A stretch of DNA of 64,000 nucleotides from positions 5,844 through 69,843 of the forward strand of contig CAIWAN010000052.1 of NCBI GenBank assembly GCA_903910705.1, read 5' to 3'. Source of the stretch: an uncultured Candidatus Marinamargulisbacteria bacterium (GTDB lineage Bacteria > Margulisbacteria > Riflemargulisbacteria > GWF2-35-9). Of this stretch, positions 18,295 through 26,875 are shown in pieces (the stretch's first letter is position 1; every line of letters begins with the position of its first letter). The notes beneath the pieces are model-generated. The model saw nothing but the letters and a program-made list of their open reading frames with translations. It ran no database searches and was not told the DNA's origin. A program made the position numbers and the translations under genes.

Positions 18295-19608
18295 ATGAAA
18301 CGTCAAATCGAATCAAAACTGCAAAGATGGAAAGAAACTGACGCTCGAAAACCCTTGATTCTGAATGGGGCAAGGCAGATTGGAAAAACATACAGCCTCA
18401 TTGAGATTGGTAAAACAAATTTTCGCAACCTCATCTACATAAACTTTGAAGCACAGCCCGATTATAAAAGGATCTTTGATCGCGACGTAGAACCTTTACG
18501 AATACTTCAAGAGATCAATATGCTTTTGGGCACCTCGATAAAGGCAGGGCAGGATCTCCTTTTCTTTGACGAGATACAAGAGTGCCCTCGCGCGCTCACG
18601 AGCTTGAAATACTTCTGCGAAACCCTACCGGACCTTCATGTTTGTGCCGCGGGATCTCTTCTTGGACTTGAACTCAACGAAGCTGCCTTTCCGGTCGGGA
18701 AAGTCGAGATGCTCGACATGCATCCCCTCTCGTTTCATGAATTTTTATTAGCGGCGGATGATAAGCTTGCGGCCTTAACAGAGCAATCAGCTGTCGTTCC
18801 CGAGGCCATCCATAAGCGGCTCTGGGATTACTTAAAAAAATACTTTATCCTCGGAGGTCTTCCTGAGGTCATTGCTAGCTACATTCAACATGCAGGCGAT
18901 GAAGCCACTGCGTTTGAAAACGCACGCCAAGTTCAACTTCAACTCATACAGGGCTATATTGCAGATATGGCCAAACATTCCGGCAAACAAAATGCGATGC
19001 ACCTTGAACGAATTTGGAAAAACATCCCCGTTCAGCTCGCTCGAAAAGTTGATCTAACCACGTCGAAATACTCGTTCAAGGGGGTAATACCCAAAATCGA
19101 TCGATATTCGCGTCTTGTTGGAAGTCTCGACTGGCTAGAAAAGGCCGGACTGGTGATTCGTGTACCCATTTTAGACCACATTGACCTGCCATTATCGGCT
19201 CAAGTTCAAGAAAACACCTTTAAACTATATATTTTTGACGTAGGGCTCTTGGGAGCTCTTTCCGGACTATCTCCCCAGACCCTCTGGGCCCAAGATTATG
19301 GCTCATATAAAGGCTATTTTGCCGAGAACTTCGTCGCACAAGAACTCATAGCACACGGCAGAAGGCCCTTGTTTGGATGGGAAGGCCGTACGTCCGAAGT
19401 TGAATTCGTCCTCGATATTGCGGGAAAGATTATCCCTGTCGAGGTAAAGGCTGGCCATATCACTCGTTCACAAAGCATGAACGTTTATCAATCAAAATTT
19501 GCCCCACAAAAAGGATTTCTGCTGAGCGCCAGAAACGCGCCCCTCATCGAATCCACATGGATCACTCATCTTCCGCTTTATCAAGCGAGTAAGATTGGCC
19601 TGTCTTAG
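18295..19608 (+). CDS. AAA+ ATPase of the AAA_14/DUF4143 family
   Basis: Walker A GARQIGKT. The length and C-terminal region are typical of DUF4143 ATPases. Confidence 0.75.
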   Translation: MKRQIESKLQRWKETDARKPLILNGARQIGKTYSLIEIGKTNFRNLIYINFEAQPDYKRIFDRDVEPLRILQEINMLLGTSIKAGQDLLFFDEIQECPRALTSLKYFCETLPDLHVCAAGSLLGLELNEAAFPVGKVEMLDMHPLSFHEFLLAADDKLAALTEQSAVVPEAIHKRLWDYLKKYFILGGLPEVIASYIQHAGDEATAFENARQVQLQLIQGYIADMAKHSGKQNAMHLERIWKNIPVQLARKVDLTTSKYSFKGVIPKIDRYSRLVGSLDWLEKAGLVIRVPILDHIDLPLSAQVQENTFKLYIFDVGLLGALSGLSPQTLWAQDYGSYKGYFAENFVAQELIAHGRRPLFGWEGRTSEVEFVLDIAGKIIPVEVKAGHITRSQSMNVYQSKFAPQKGFLLSARNAPLIESTWITHLPLYQASKIGLS

Positions 19609-19615
19609 AAAAAAG

Positions 19616-20158
19616 CTAGAAAAGGCTCTGGAATTCACTAAAGGGCTTATAAACGCTATCTTTGGGGGAAAGGGTCGGGTTCGAAAGGGGCCACTCGATC
19701 GCCAGATCAGGGTCGTTCCACATCAGCCCACCCTCGGCGCTTGGCTCAAAGAGACCGGTACACTTATATTGGAACTCCGCGGTATCACTTAACACCTGAA
19801 ATCCATGAGCGAATCCGGATGGGATGTAGAGCATCTGAAACGTCGAGGCGATCAACGGATACGCCACCCATTGCCCATAGGTGGGGCTTTTCTTTCGCAG
19901 ATCAACCGCCACATCGAACACCTCGCCAACACTCACCCTGACGAGCTTGCCCTGAGCATACGGTGGTTTTTGAAAATGAAGCCCTCTCAAAACCCCTTTA
20001 ACCGACTTGCTATGATTGTCCTGAACAAAGCGTTCTGTAATACCCGCCTCATGGAACTTGCCTTCGTGATAACTTTCGAGAAAAAAACCCCGTTCATCCC
20101 CAAATACATCAGGGGTGATCAGCAATACATCGGGAATAGCAAGGGGTTCGACTTTCAT
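19616..20158 (-). CDS. rfbC: dTDP-4-dehydrorhamnose 3,5-epimerase (RmlC/RfbC cupin)
   Basis: Blocks ERGFF, GLHFQ, VRVSVGEVFDVAVDLR and GFAHGF over the 180-aa length. Confidence 0.85.
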   Translation of the reverse strand: MKVEPLAIPDVLLITPDVFGDERGFFLESYHEGKFHEAGITERFVQDNHSKSVKGVLRGLHFQKPPYAQGKLVRVSVGEVFDVAVDLRKKSPTYGQWVAYPLIASTFQMLYIPSGFAHGFQVLSDTAEFQYKCTGLFEPSAEGGLMWNDPDLAIEWPLSNPTLSPKDSVYKPFSEFQSLF

Positions 20159-20183
20159 GGTGCCTATTTTAGCATAGGGTGTA

Positions 20184-21335
20184 CTAATCCAACAGTTTTC
20201 CAGTCGCCAAGCTCTCTTGGAATTTCTTGAAAGGCCAAATACAAATATTATCCTCGGTCAGCAATTCTTTCTCACCCAGATAGACAAAGATTCGTTTGCG
20301 AAGCCCTGTTAATGGGGCAATGGCCCTTAACCCCACAAGTTCTTCATTTCGGAGTCGTTCTTGAGCTTTCACCTCGATAGCCCAGAATTCATCGCCTCGT
20401 TTTAACAAAAAATCAACCTCCGTTTTAAGCGTTTCACTGGGTGCCCAATAGAAAATCTCATCATAGAAAGGATGGGCTTGATTGTAGGCGCATAGCATCG
20501 AAAACACATAACCTTCAAGCAAGGCACCTCGCTCATCGGGGCTGACTTCATACCACCGCTTTTTTATCGCACGAACCAACCCAGGGTCAACCCAATATAG
20601 TTTGGGGTGTTTCTTTTCTCGAACCCTTAATTGCGGAACAAATGCTTCGAGTTTGGTCGCCAATAATGTATCGCTAAGAATCTCTAAATAACCTTCTACG
20701 GTGTTTCTTGCCACTTGCGCATCTCGAGCTAACGAGCTGACATTCAAAACTTGCCCATGGAACAAAGAGGCGACTGGCAAAAAACGTGAGAACGCAGGAA
20801 GGTTGCGAACCAAGGCTTCTGACTTAATTTCTTCTCGTAAATACGTCAACACGTAGGCTTCAAGGGTTTCTCGGGGACTATTCGAAGCCACGACGATCGG
20901 AAGAGACCCATATTGAAGAATAGCCGACAAATTAAAATCCTCCCCCATTTCATCGGGCACAAAAGGATACATGTGCTTCATCAAGGCTCTGCCGGCCAGC
21001 AAGTTCACACCCTCTCGTTTTAACTTGCGTGCAGAAGACCCTGACAAAACGAACTTGAGGCTTTTTTCTTCGATGAAAAGGTGAACATAATTCAAGAGAT
21101 GCGGCACTTTCTGAACTTCATCCAGCACAACCCAAGATCCATTGGGCAAGGCCCGCAACTCATCCGCAAATCGTTTGGGTGTCGCCAATAACTCTTGGTA
21201 AAGCGCCTCGTCAAGGAAGTTGAAGAAAGTCGCCTCTTTGTAATGTTGCCTCAACCACGTACTCTTCCCCGTGCCGCGGGGCCCGAATAAAAAGAAAGAC
21301 TGATTCTGCTCGTGAAAATATATTCTTTTGTACAT
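20184..21335 (-). CDS. AAA+ ATPase of the AAA_14/DUF4143 family (second copy)
   Basis: Walker A GPRGTGKST and Walker B VVLDEVQ. Confidence 0.75.
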   Translation of the reverse strand: MYKRIYFHEQNQSFFLFGPRGTGKSTWLRQHYKEATFFNFLDEALYQELLATPKRFADELRALPNGSWVVLDEVQKVPHLLNYVHLFIEEKSLKFVLSGSSARKLKREGVNLLAGRALMKHMYPFVPDEMGEDFNLSAILQYGSLPIVVASNSPRETLEAYVLTYLREEIKSEALVRNLPAFSRFLPVASLFHGQVLNVSSLARDAQVARNTVEGYLEILSDTLLATKLEAFVPQLRVREKKHPKLYWVDPGLVRAIKKRWYEVSPDERGALLEGYVFSMLCAYNQAHPFYDEIFYWAPSETLKTEVDFLLKRGDEFWAIEVKAQERLRNEELVGLRAIAPLTGLRKRIFVYLGEKELLTEDNICIWPFKKFQESLATGKLLD

Positions 21336-21392
21336 GATGAGGTCATTTTACGCCGTTTTTTTACATCAATCAATACAATAAACAAGAAAAGA

Positions 21393-21412
21393 TTGTACAG
21401 ACGTCTCTACAA
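21393..21412. promoter_or_regulatory. 20-bp near-palindrome TTGTACAGACGTCTCTACAA, copy 1 of a roughly 30-bp shared element AGATTGTAC-N8-TACAATTGAG
   Basis: 18/20 positions are self-complementary. It is followed by TATAAT at 21439-21444 and then by the small ORF at 21598. Confidence 0.5.
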
Positions 21413-21597
21413 TTGAGCGAGGATGTATCTTTATCTGATATAATGGCTGTATGCCAAATGTATACATTATCGCTGGGCATGGATGATGTTTGATAACTCT
21501 CAAGCGTCTCATCAATTGATTGCGAAGAGAACTTCAAATCAAATCGAAATCTTTGATCAAGATACATTTATAAATATTCAAAATAAAGGAGTTTCCC

Positions 21598-21753
21598 ATG
21601 AATAATAACAACCTTTCAATCCAAGATAAGGCTGAAGCTGCCATGAAAAAAGCGATTAGCAATGTTATTGCTCAACACAAGATTTCTGGACGACCATTAG
21701 CTGTTTGGAAAAATGGCAAAACCATTTTAGTTTCGCCTGATTCGATAGAATAG
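21598..21753 (+). CDS. small unannotated ORF (51 aa, MNNNNLSIQDKAEAAMKKAISNVIAQHKISGRPLAVWKNGKTILVSPDSIE), possibly an antitoxin- or regulator-like protein
   Basis: AAAGGAG RBS 8 nt upstream. Absent from the ORF track, probably because it is under 60 aa. It weakly recalls the Phd/YefM 'V-L-V-S-P-E-D' segment. Confidence 0.35.
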   Translation: MNNNNLSIQDKAEAAMKKAISNVIAQHKISGRPLAVWKNGKTILVSPDSIE

Positions 21754-21875
21754 ATTTATTGGCAACTATTGGGACTTACCCGATCCATTACACTTTGCAT
21801 TTTCAATTGACAATTTGCAAGAATCTGCGACGAAGCCTACAATCATTGGGCTACGAAGCTTACACCGCCATAAGA

Positions 21876-21895
21876 TTGTACGGGCGCCTGTACAA
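21876..21895. promoter_or_regulatory. 20-bp near-palindrome TTGTACGGGCGCCTGTACAA, copy 2 of the shared element; it overlaps the -35 of the bioA promoter
   Basis: The arms are the same as copy 1, with a different palindromic core (GGCGCC versus GACGTC). Followed by TTGAGA-N18-TGGTATACT and the bioA ATG at 21934. Confidence 0.5.
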
Positions 21896-21925
21896 TTGAG
21901 ACGATAATTGCCCCCATGGTATACT
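21896..21925 (+). promoter_or_regulatory. bioA promoter: -35 TTGAGA and extended -10 TGGTATACT. The ATG lies about 9 nt after the -10, so the transcript would be leaderless or nearly so.
   Basis: Read directly from the sequence. Confidence 0.4.
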
Positions 21926-21933
21926 GAGCGACT

Positions 21934-23265
21934 ATGTGGGCAACTCGTGACAAACAACATCTTTGGCATCCTTTTACCCAGATGAAGGAATGGCTCAATT
22001 CTGACCCGATTATCATCCAAAAGGGTCGAGGCAATTGGCTCATCGATGTCGAGGGGAAGCGCTACCTTGATGGGGTCTCGTCCCTGTGGACGAACGTTCA
22101 CGGCCATCATCACCCCAAAATAAACCGCGCGATCAAAAAACAACTGGACCTTATTGCTCACAGCACTTTCCTTGGCCTATCCCACACCATTGCCGTCGAG
22201 TTCGCTGCGGAACTGATGAAATGGGTTCCTAGCCATTTATCTCGACTATTCTATTCCGATAATGGTTCAACGGCGGTTGAGATCGGCACCAAAATCGCCT
22301 TTCAATACTGGCAGCAACAAGGCAATCCCTCTTTACGGAATAAAACAAAGTTCATCGCGTTTTCAAATGCCTATCACGGCGACACGTTGGGGGCGGTGAG
22401 TCTTGGGGGCATGGACTTATTCCATCGCATATACGACCCGCTTCTTTTCAAACCCATTCGCTTACCCTTCCCCTATCCGCTTCAAGAAAAACGATCGGTA
22501 GAAGAAAGCGAAGCCGCCGCTCTTGCTCAACTTGAAGCCACACTCAAGCAGCAGGGCCATGACATAGCTGGCCTCGTCATCGAACCGCTCATGCAAGGAG
22601 CCGCCGGAATGGTACACTCCACGCATCACTTTCTCCAACAGGTCCGCTCACTCACCCACCAATATCAGGTTCTCCTGATCGCGGACGAAGTCGCTACAGG
22701 CTTTGGTCGAACCGGCGCCATGTTCGCTTGCCAAAAGGCGGGCATTAACCCCGACATCCTCTGTATTGCCAAAGGGATATCAGGAGGATACCTCCCCCTA
22801 GCGGCAACGCTTACGACCGAAACGATCTTTGAAGCGTTCCTCGGTGAACACAGCGATCACAAGACGTTTTTTCATGGACACACCTATACTGCAAACCCCT
22901 TAGCTTGTGCCGCGGGCCTAGCGAGTCTTCAAATTTTCGAGAAAGAGAAAACGCTTAGCCAGCTTGAACCCAAGATCAAACAACTCAGGGACGGCCTTTG
23001 CGCTATTGCCGACTTAGAATGGGTCGCCGAGGTCAGACAAGAAGGCTTTATGGTTGGCATCGAACTCGGTGGTTTTGATCCGACTGAGCGAATGGGCGCA
23101 AAGGTTTGCCAAGCAGCCATCGACAAAGGGGTCTTTCTTCGCCCTCTAGGGGATGTCATTGTTTTGATGCCCCCCCTATCCATTACAGAAAATGAACTCA
23201 ACCTTTTGTTAGAAACCACTAAAACGTGTATAATTTCAAGTTGTGGCCATCAAGTCAAAAAATAA
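21934..23265 (+). CDS. bioA: adenosylmethionine-8-amino-7-oxononanoate aminotransferase (DAPA synthase)
   Basis: Class-III aminotransferase, with the BioA-typical N-terminus (HLWHPFTQM...) and length. Confidence 0.85.
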   Translation: MWATRDKQHLWHPFTQMKEWLNSDPIIIQKGRGNWLIDVEGKRYLDGVSSLWTNVHGHHHPKINRAIKKQLDLIAHSTFLGLSHTIAVEFAAELMKWVPSHLSRLFYSDNGSTAVEIGTKIAFQYWQQQGNPSLRNKTKFIAFSNAYHGDTLGAVSLGGMDLFHRIYDPLLFKPIRLPFPYPLQEKRSVEESEAAALAQLEATLKQQGHDIAGLVIEPLMQGAAGMVHSTHHFLQQVRSLTHQYQVLLIADEVATGFGRTGAMFACQKAGINPDILCIAKGISGGYLPLAATLTTETIFEAFLGEHSDHKTFFHGHTYTANPLACAAGLASLQIFEKEKTLSQLEPKIKQLRDGLCAIADLEWVAEVRQEGFMVGIELGGFDPTERMGAKVCQAAIDKGVFLRPLGDVIVLMPPLSITENELNLLLETTKTCIISSCGHQVKK

Positions 23266-23590
23266 CAAGCAAGTCTATCTCGCCAGTGGTATCACCCTGA
23301 ACGGCGCTATTCAAAGCCCAGACGCGATCTATATCGCCGGCAACGTTAAAGGCACCATCCGCTCCGAATCGGCCATCCATATCCTAAAAGGTGCCGCCAT
23401 CATCGCGGATCTCTCGGCCCCAAGCATTCAAATTTTTGGCATCGTCGAAGGACAGGTCAAGGCGACACATGAATTGGTTTTGAATCAAACCGCTCGAGTC
23501 TACGGGGATATCTATTGCGAAAGTCTTGTTCTCGAAGAAGGGGCCATTTATAGCGGAGCCCTTCACATTCGGCAGAATGAACATCCTTAA
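23243..23590 (+). CDS. bactofilin-family cytoskeletal protein
   Basis: Repeating beta-helix pattern IxGxVxGxI (ITLNGAIQSPDAIYIAGNVKGTIRSESAIHILKGAAIIADL...). Overlaps the bioA end and the rnfE start. Confidence 0.65.
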   Translation: MAIKSKNNKQVYLASGITLNGAIQSPDAIYIAGNVKGTIRSESAIHILKGAAIIADLSAPSIQIFGIVEGQVKATHELVLNQTARVYGDIYCESLVLEEGAIYSGALHIRQNEHP

Positions 23591-24119
23591 GGACAACCCC
23601 ACGTTCGTTCTTCTTCTCGGCCTATGTCCCGTTCTTGCCGTCACCACCTCGGTCTGGAGTGCTGTCGGAATGGGCGTTTTAACCTTGATTGCGTTAATGG
23701 CCTCTAACGCTGTCATCAAATGGATACACCCCAAGACCCCTCAAGCGATCGCTCTTTTAGTCAACGTCATTGTCATCTCAACGTTTGTAAGCTTACTGCA
23801 ACTAATCGTTCAAGCGTTTCTGCCTTCACTGGGCAACGACCTAAGCATCTATTTCCCCCTCATCGTCATTAACGGCCTGACGCTTTGCTCGCTCCCTTGC
23901 CCCCCCCTTCATGCTCTTCAAAGAGTGCTTGGCTTTTGCGTTGCGTTATTGATTATGGGCGCCCTTCGCGAGTTGCTCGGGGTAGGCACCCTTTTGGGGT
24001 TCACCATTCTCCCCGATTATTATCCCATGCTCATCATGATCCTCCCTTCGGGTGCTTTTTTGCTTTTGAGTTTTATCATGGCCATCCTCACATGGACAAA
24101 GAATCATCCTCATGAATAA
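23577..24119 (+). CDS. rnfE: Rnf electron-transport complex subunit of the RnfE/RnfA family, most like RnfE
   Basis: LLLGLCPVLAVT, IYFPLIVINGL and GALRELLGVGTL blocks. The start was moved to the ATG at 23577. Confidence 0.7.
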   Translation: MNILKDNPTFVLLLGLCPVLAVTTSVWSAVGMGVLTLIALMASNAVIKWIHPKTPQAIALLVNVIVISTFVSLLQLIVQAFLPSLGNDLSIYFPLIVINGLTLCSLPCPPLHALQRVLGFCVALLIMGALRELLGVGTLLGFTILPDYYPMLIMILPSGAFLLLSFIMAILTWTKNHPHE

Positions 24120-25359
24120 TCACAAAAAGATCACCGGCCTTCTACCCACCCGTGAAGCACCGGCCCCCCACGAACTCGTTTTCCCGCTTCTTCAACATAC
24201 AGGGACGCCCGCCCTGCCCATCATCAATGTCGGTGATGCTGTCAAAGTGGGCCAACTTATCGCAAAGGCATCGGGCAACGTCTCAGCCAACATTCATAGC
24301 AGTGTATCAGGACTTGTTACCGCTATTGATCTAGCCCCTTTTAGTAGCGGTATCGAGGTGATGAGTATACGCATTGAAAATGACCATAAATATTATAAAG
24401 TCCCCATGGCCACGCATACGCGTCCCATCAAAGAAACACCCAAAGAATTCCTTCTGCAACGGATTGAAGATGCCGGCATTGTTGGGCTTGGGGGCAAAAT
24501 GATCCCGACGCATATCAAGTTACGCCCGAACAAACCCATTGCCGAACTCGTCATCAATGGAGCCGAATGCGAGCCCTATCTTTCAGCCGACCACCGAGTC
24601 ATGGTTGAAATGACAAAGGCCGTCTTTACCGGCATCGAAGTCGCGATGCGCATTCTTGAACCCCAGACGGTTTTCATTGGCATCGAGGATCATATGATCG
24701 ACGCGATGATCACGATGCGCAACTATGCGCTCAAATACAAAAACGTCAAAGTGATCCCCCTCCCGTCGATATACCCGCAAGGCGCTGAACGAGTTCTTGT
24801 TCGCGAACTCACTCAAAAACGCGTCCGTCGATCCCCCCTTGAAGCGGGCGTCATTGCCTTAAATGTGTCCACGTGTGCAGCCATTGGACAAGCCGTCACC
24901 AACGGAATGCCTCTTATTTCGAGAGTCATCACCCTATCCGGCACTCAGCTTGAAAAGTCCTATAATTACCGAGTCCGTCTCGGCACCCCCATCAAGACCC
25001 TTCTCCCCGAACTGAGCGCCGATCGTGCAAGTAAGCTCGGCGACCTGCGTATCCTTATGGGCGGCCCCATGATGGGACTCGCTCAACACTCACTAGATGT
25101 CCCGATCATTAAAGGAACGACGGGCGTTCTCGTCCTCGAACACACGGTCTACGAAACGCAAATGTGTATTCGTTGTGGACGCTGCATCGATTATTGTCCA
25201 GTATTTGTCATGCCCATTATGGCCGCGCAGCAAGGGATTCAAGCCAGTGAGTGTATGGAATGCGGGCTTTGCTCCTATCATTGCCCCTCACGGATACCCT
25301 TGGTCGAAAAAATTAGACTTAATAAGATCAAACAACAAATGAGGCAACAACCCCAATGA
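24112..25359 (+). CDS. rnfC: Rnf complex subunit C (NADH-binding, two 4Fe-4S clusters)
   Basis: PLLQHTGTPALPIINVGDAVKVGQLIA, CIRCGRCIDYCP, CMECGLCSYHCP. Confidence 0.85.
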   Translation: MNNHKKITGLLPTREAPAPHELVFPLLQHTGTPALPIINVGDAVKVGQLIAKASGNVSANIHSSVSGLVTAIDLAPFSSGIEVMSIRIENDHKYYKVPMATHTRPIKETPKEFLLQRIEDAGIVGLGGKMIPTHIKLRPNKPIAELVINGAECEPYLSADHRVMVEMTKAVFTGIEVAMRILEPQTVFIGIEDHMIDAMITMRNYALKYKNVKVIPLPSIYPQGAERVLVRELTQKRVRRSPLEAGVIALNVSTCAAIGQAVTNGMPLISRVITLSGTQLEKSYNYRVRLGTPIKTLLPELSADRASKLGDLRILMGGPMMGLAQHSLDVPIIKGTTGVLVLEHTVYETQMCIRCGRCIDYCPVFVMPIMAAQQGIQASECMECGLCSYHCPSRIPLVEKIRLNKIKQQMRQQPQ

Positions 25360-26300
25360 GATTATTCGTCGCCGCATCGCCCCATAGCCGAAACCCTCAA
25401 GACGTTTCATCCATTATGTTACACGTTATTTTGGCTTTAGTACCCACAAGTTTGATGGGCATTTTTTTCTTCGGTATTCCGGCTCTGTCCGTGATCATTA
25501 CCTCGGTTTTATCCGCCCTTGCTTTTGAAGTCGGGGTCAACACCCTTCGTCATCAGAAATTAACCATCTTTGACGGATCGGCCGCGCTAACAGGGCTTTT
25601 GCTAGCCTTAACCCTGCCCCCCATTATTCCGCTCTGGATGGTTGTGTTAGGGAATGGATTTTCGATTATCGTGGTCAAGCACCTCTTTGGCGGACTCGGG
25701 CATAATATCTTTAACCCTGCTCTTTCAGGGCGGCTGTTTCTTTCGGTGGCTTACCCCGTTGCAATGACCTCATGGATAAAGCCCCATGCTTTACTCGACC
25801 CCGTCTATATCTCCACAGCGACGCCGCTTGCAAAAGAGGCTACGCTGATCGTATCAAATTGGCAACTATTCTGGGGCAACGTCGGCGGCAGCGTTGGCGA
25901 AACCTCGGCCTTTGCCATTCTTCTGGGGGCCATTTGGTTATTTAAAAAAGGGATACTCGATTGGAAAATTCCCGGAAGCTTTCTGGCCACCGTCTTCTTT
26001 ATGGCTCTGCTTTTTGGACAAGACCCGCTCTTTCATCTCCTCGCGGGCGGCACGCTACTGGGTGCTTTTTTCATGATGACCGACTATGTCACCTCCCCCC
26101 TAACCAAAATGGGGCGGCTGCTCTACGGCATCACGCTGGGTGTCCTCGTCATGTCCGTTCGGCTCTTCAGCCATATGCCGGAAGGACTCGCCTTTTGCAT
26201 TGTTCTGATGAACGGCGTCGTTCCGCTCCTAGATAAAGCGGGGATTGCGCTTCATGTCCATGTCTACGCACTCATTTTCAAGGAGCATCAAGACACATGA
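25356..26300 (+). CDS. rnfD: Rnf complex subunit D (NqrB/RnfD family)
   Basis: Polytopic membrane protein with NqrB/RnfD-type N-terminal region. Confidence 0.8.
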   Translation: MRLFVAASPHSRNPQDVSSIMLHVILALVPTSLMGIFFFGIPALSVIITSVLSALAFEVGVNTLRHQKLTIFDGSAALTGLLLALTLPPIIPLWMVVLGNGFSIIVVKHLFGGLGHNIFNPALSGRLFLSVAYPVAMTSWIKPHALLDPVYISTATPLAKEATLIVSNWQLFWGNVGGSVGETSAFAILLGAIWLFKKGILDWKIPGSFLATVFFMALLFGQDPLFHLLAGGTLLGAFFMMTDYVTSPLTKMGRLLYGITLGVLVMSVRLFSHMPEGLAFCIVLMNGVVPLLDKAGIALHVHVYALIFKEHQDT

Positions 26301-26875
26301 TCCCCACCCACATTCGCCCCCAGATTCTCTTTATCAGTCGCCTCGTCTTGATCTGTGCCTTTTTGCTTTTTGGGGTCAACTTGATGACCTCGACCCTTAT
26401 TCAAAACCATTTACGCCAAGATCGACAAACCTCCTTTTCAAAATTATTACCCACAGCTGCATCATTTTCACCCTATGCTAAAAACAGAACCCTTGAAAAC
26501 GCGAGTATCATTATCGGATGGGACAAGGCCCACAAAAAAACAGGCTATATCATCAGTTCAACGGGGCATGGATACGGCGGCCCCATTAGACTGCTCGTTG
26601 GATTTTCCGGCTCAAAAGTCACCCGTATCCAGATCCTTTCCCATGTCGAAACAACCGGAATGGGATCGCTTATCACCCATCCTGAACCCATGACTGGACG
26701 TGCGTTTACTTTTCAGGGACAATTTAATAACAAAAGTATTTTTGACCGTTTCAGCACACATGAGGATATTATTGCTCTTTCAGGAGCAACCATCACCTCA
26801 CAGGGTGTAGGGGACGGTATACTCGCTGCTGTTAAAATATATCGACGATTGGAGAATGTTCAATATGAAGACTAA
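26297..26875 (+). CDS. rnfG: Rnf complex subunit G (FMN-binding)
   Basis: N-terminal TM helix and FMN-binding motif SGATITSQGV. Confidence 0.75.
   Translation: MIPTHIRPQILFISRLVLICAFLLFGVNLMTSTLIQNHLRQDRQTSFSKLLPTAASFSPYAKNRTLENASIIIGWDKAHKKTGYIISSTGHGYGGPIRLLVGFSGSKVTRIQILSHVETTGMGSLITHPEPMTGRAFTFQGQFNNKSIFDRFSTHEDIIALSGATITSQGVGDGILAAVKIYRRLENVQYED

Noticed and set aside
19671-19700. tRNA-like GGTTCGAA T-arm-like string
   Set aside because: It lies inside rfbC. No acceptor, anticodon or D-arm structure can be drawn around it.
21393-21895. Calling the palindromes definite BirA operators
   Set aside because: The arms resemble bioO ends, but the half-site spacing (8 bp core) is far shorter than in characterised BirA sites. 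I kept it as a hypothesis only.
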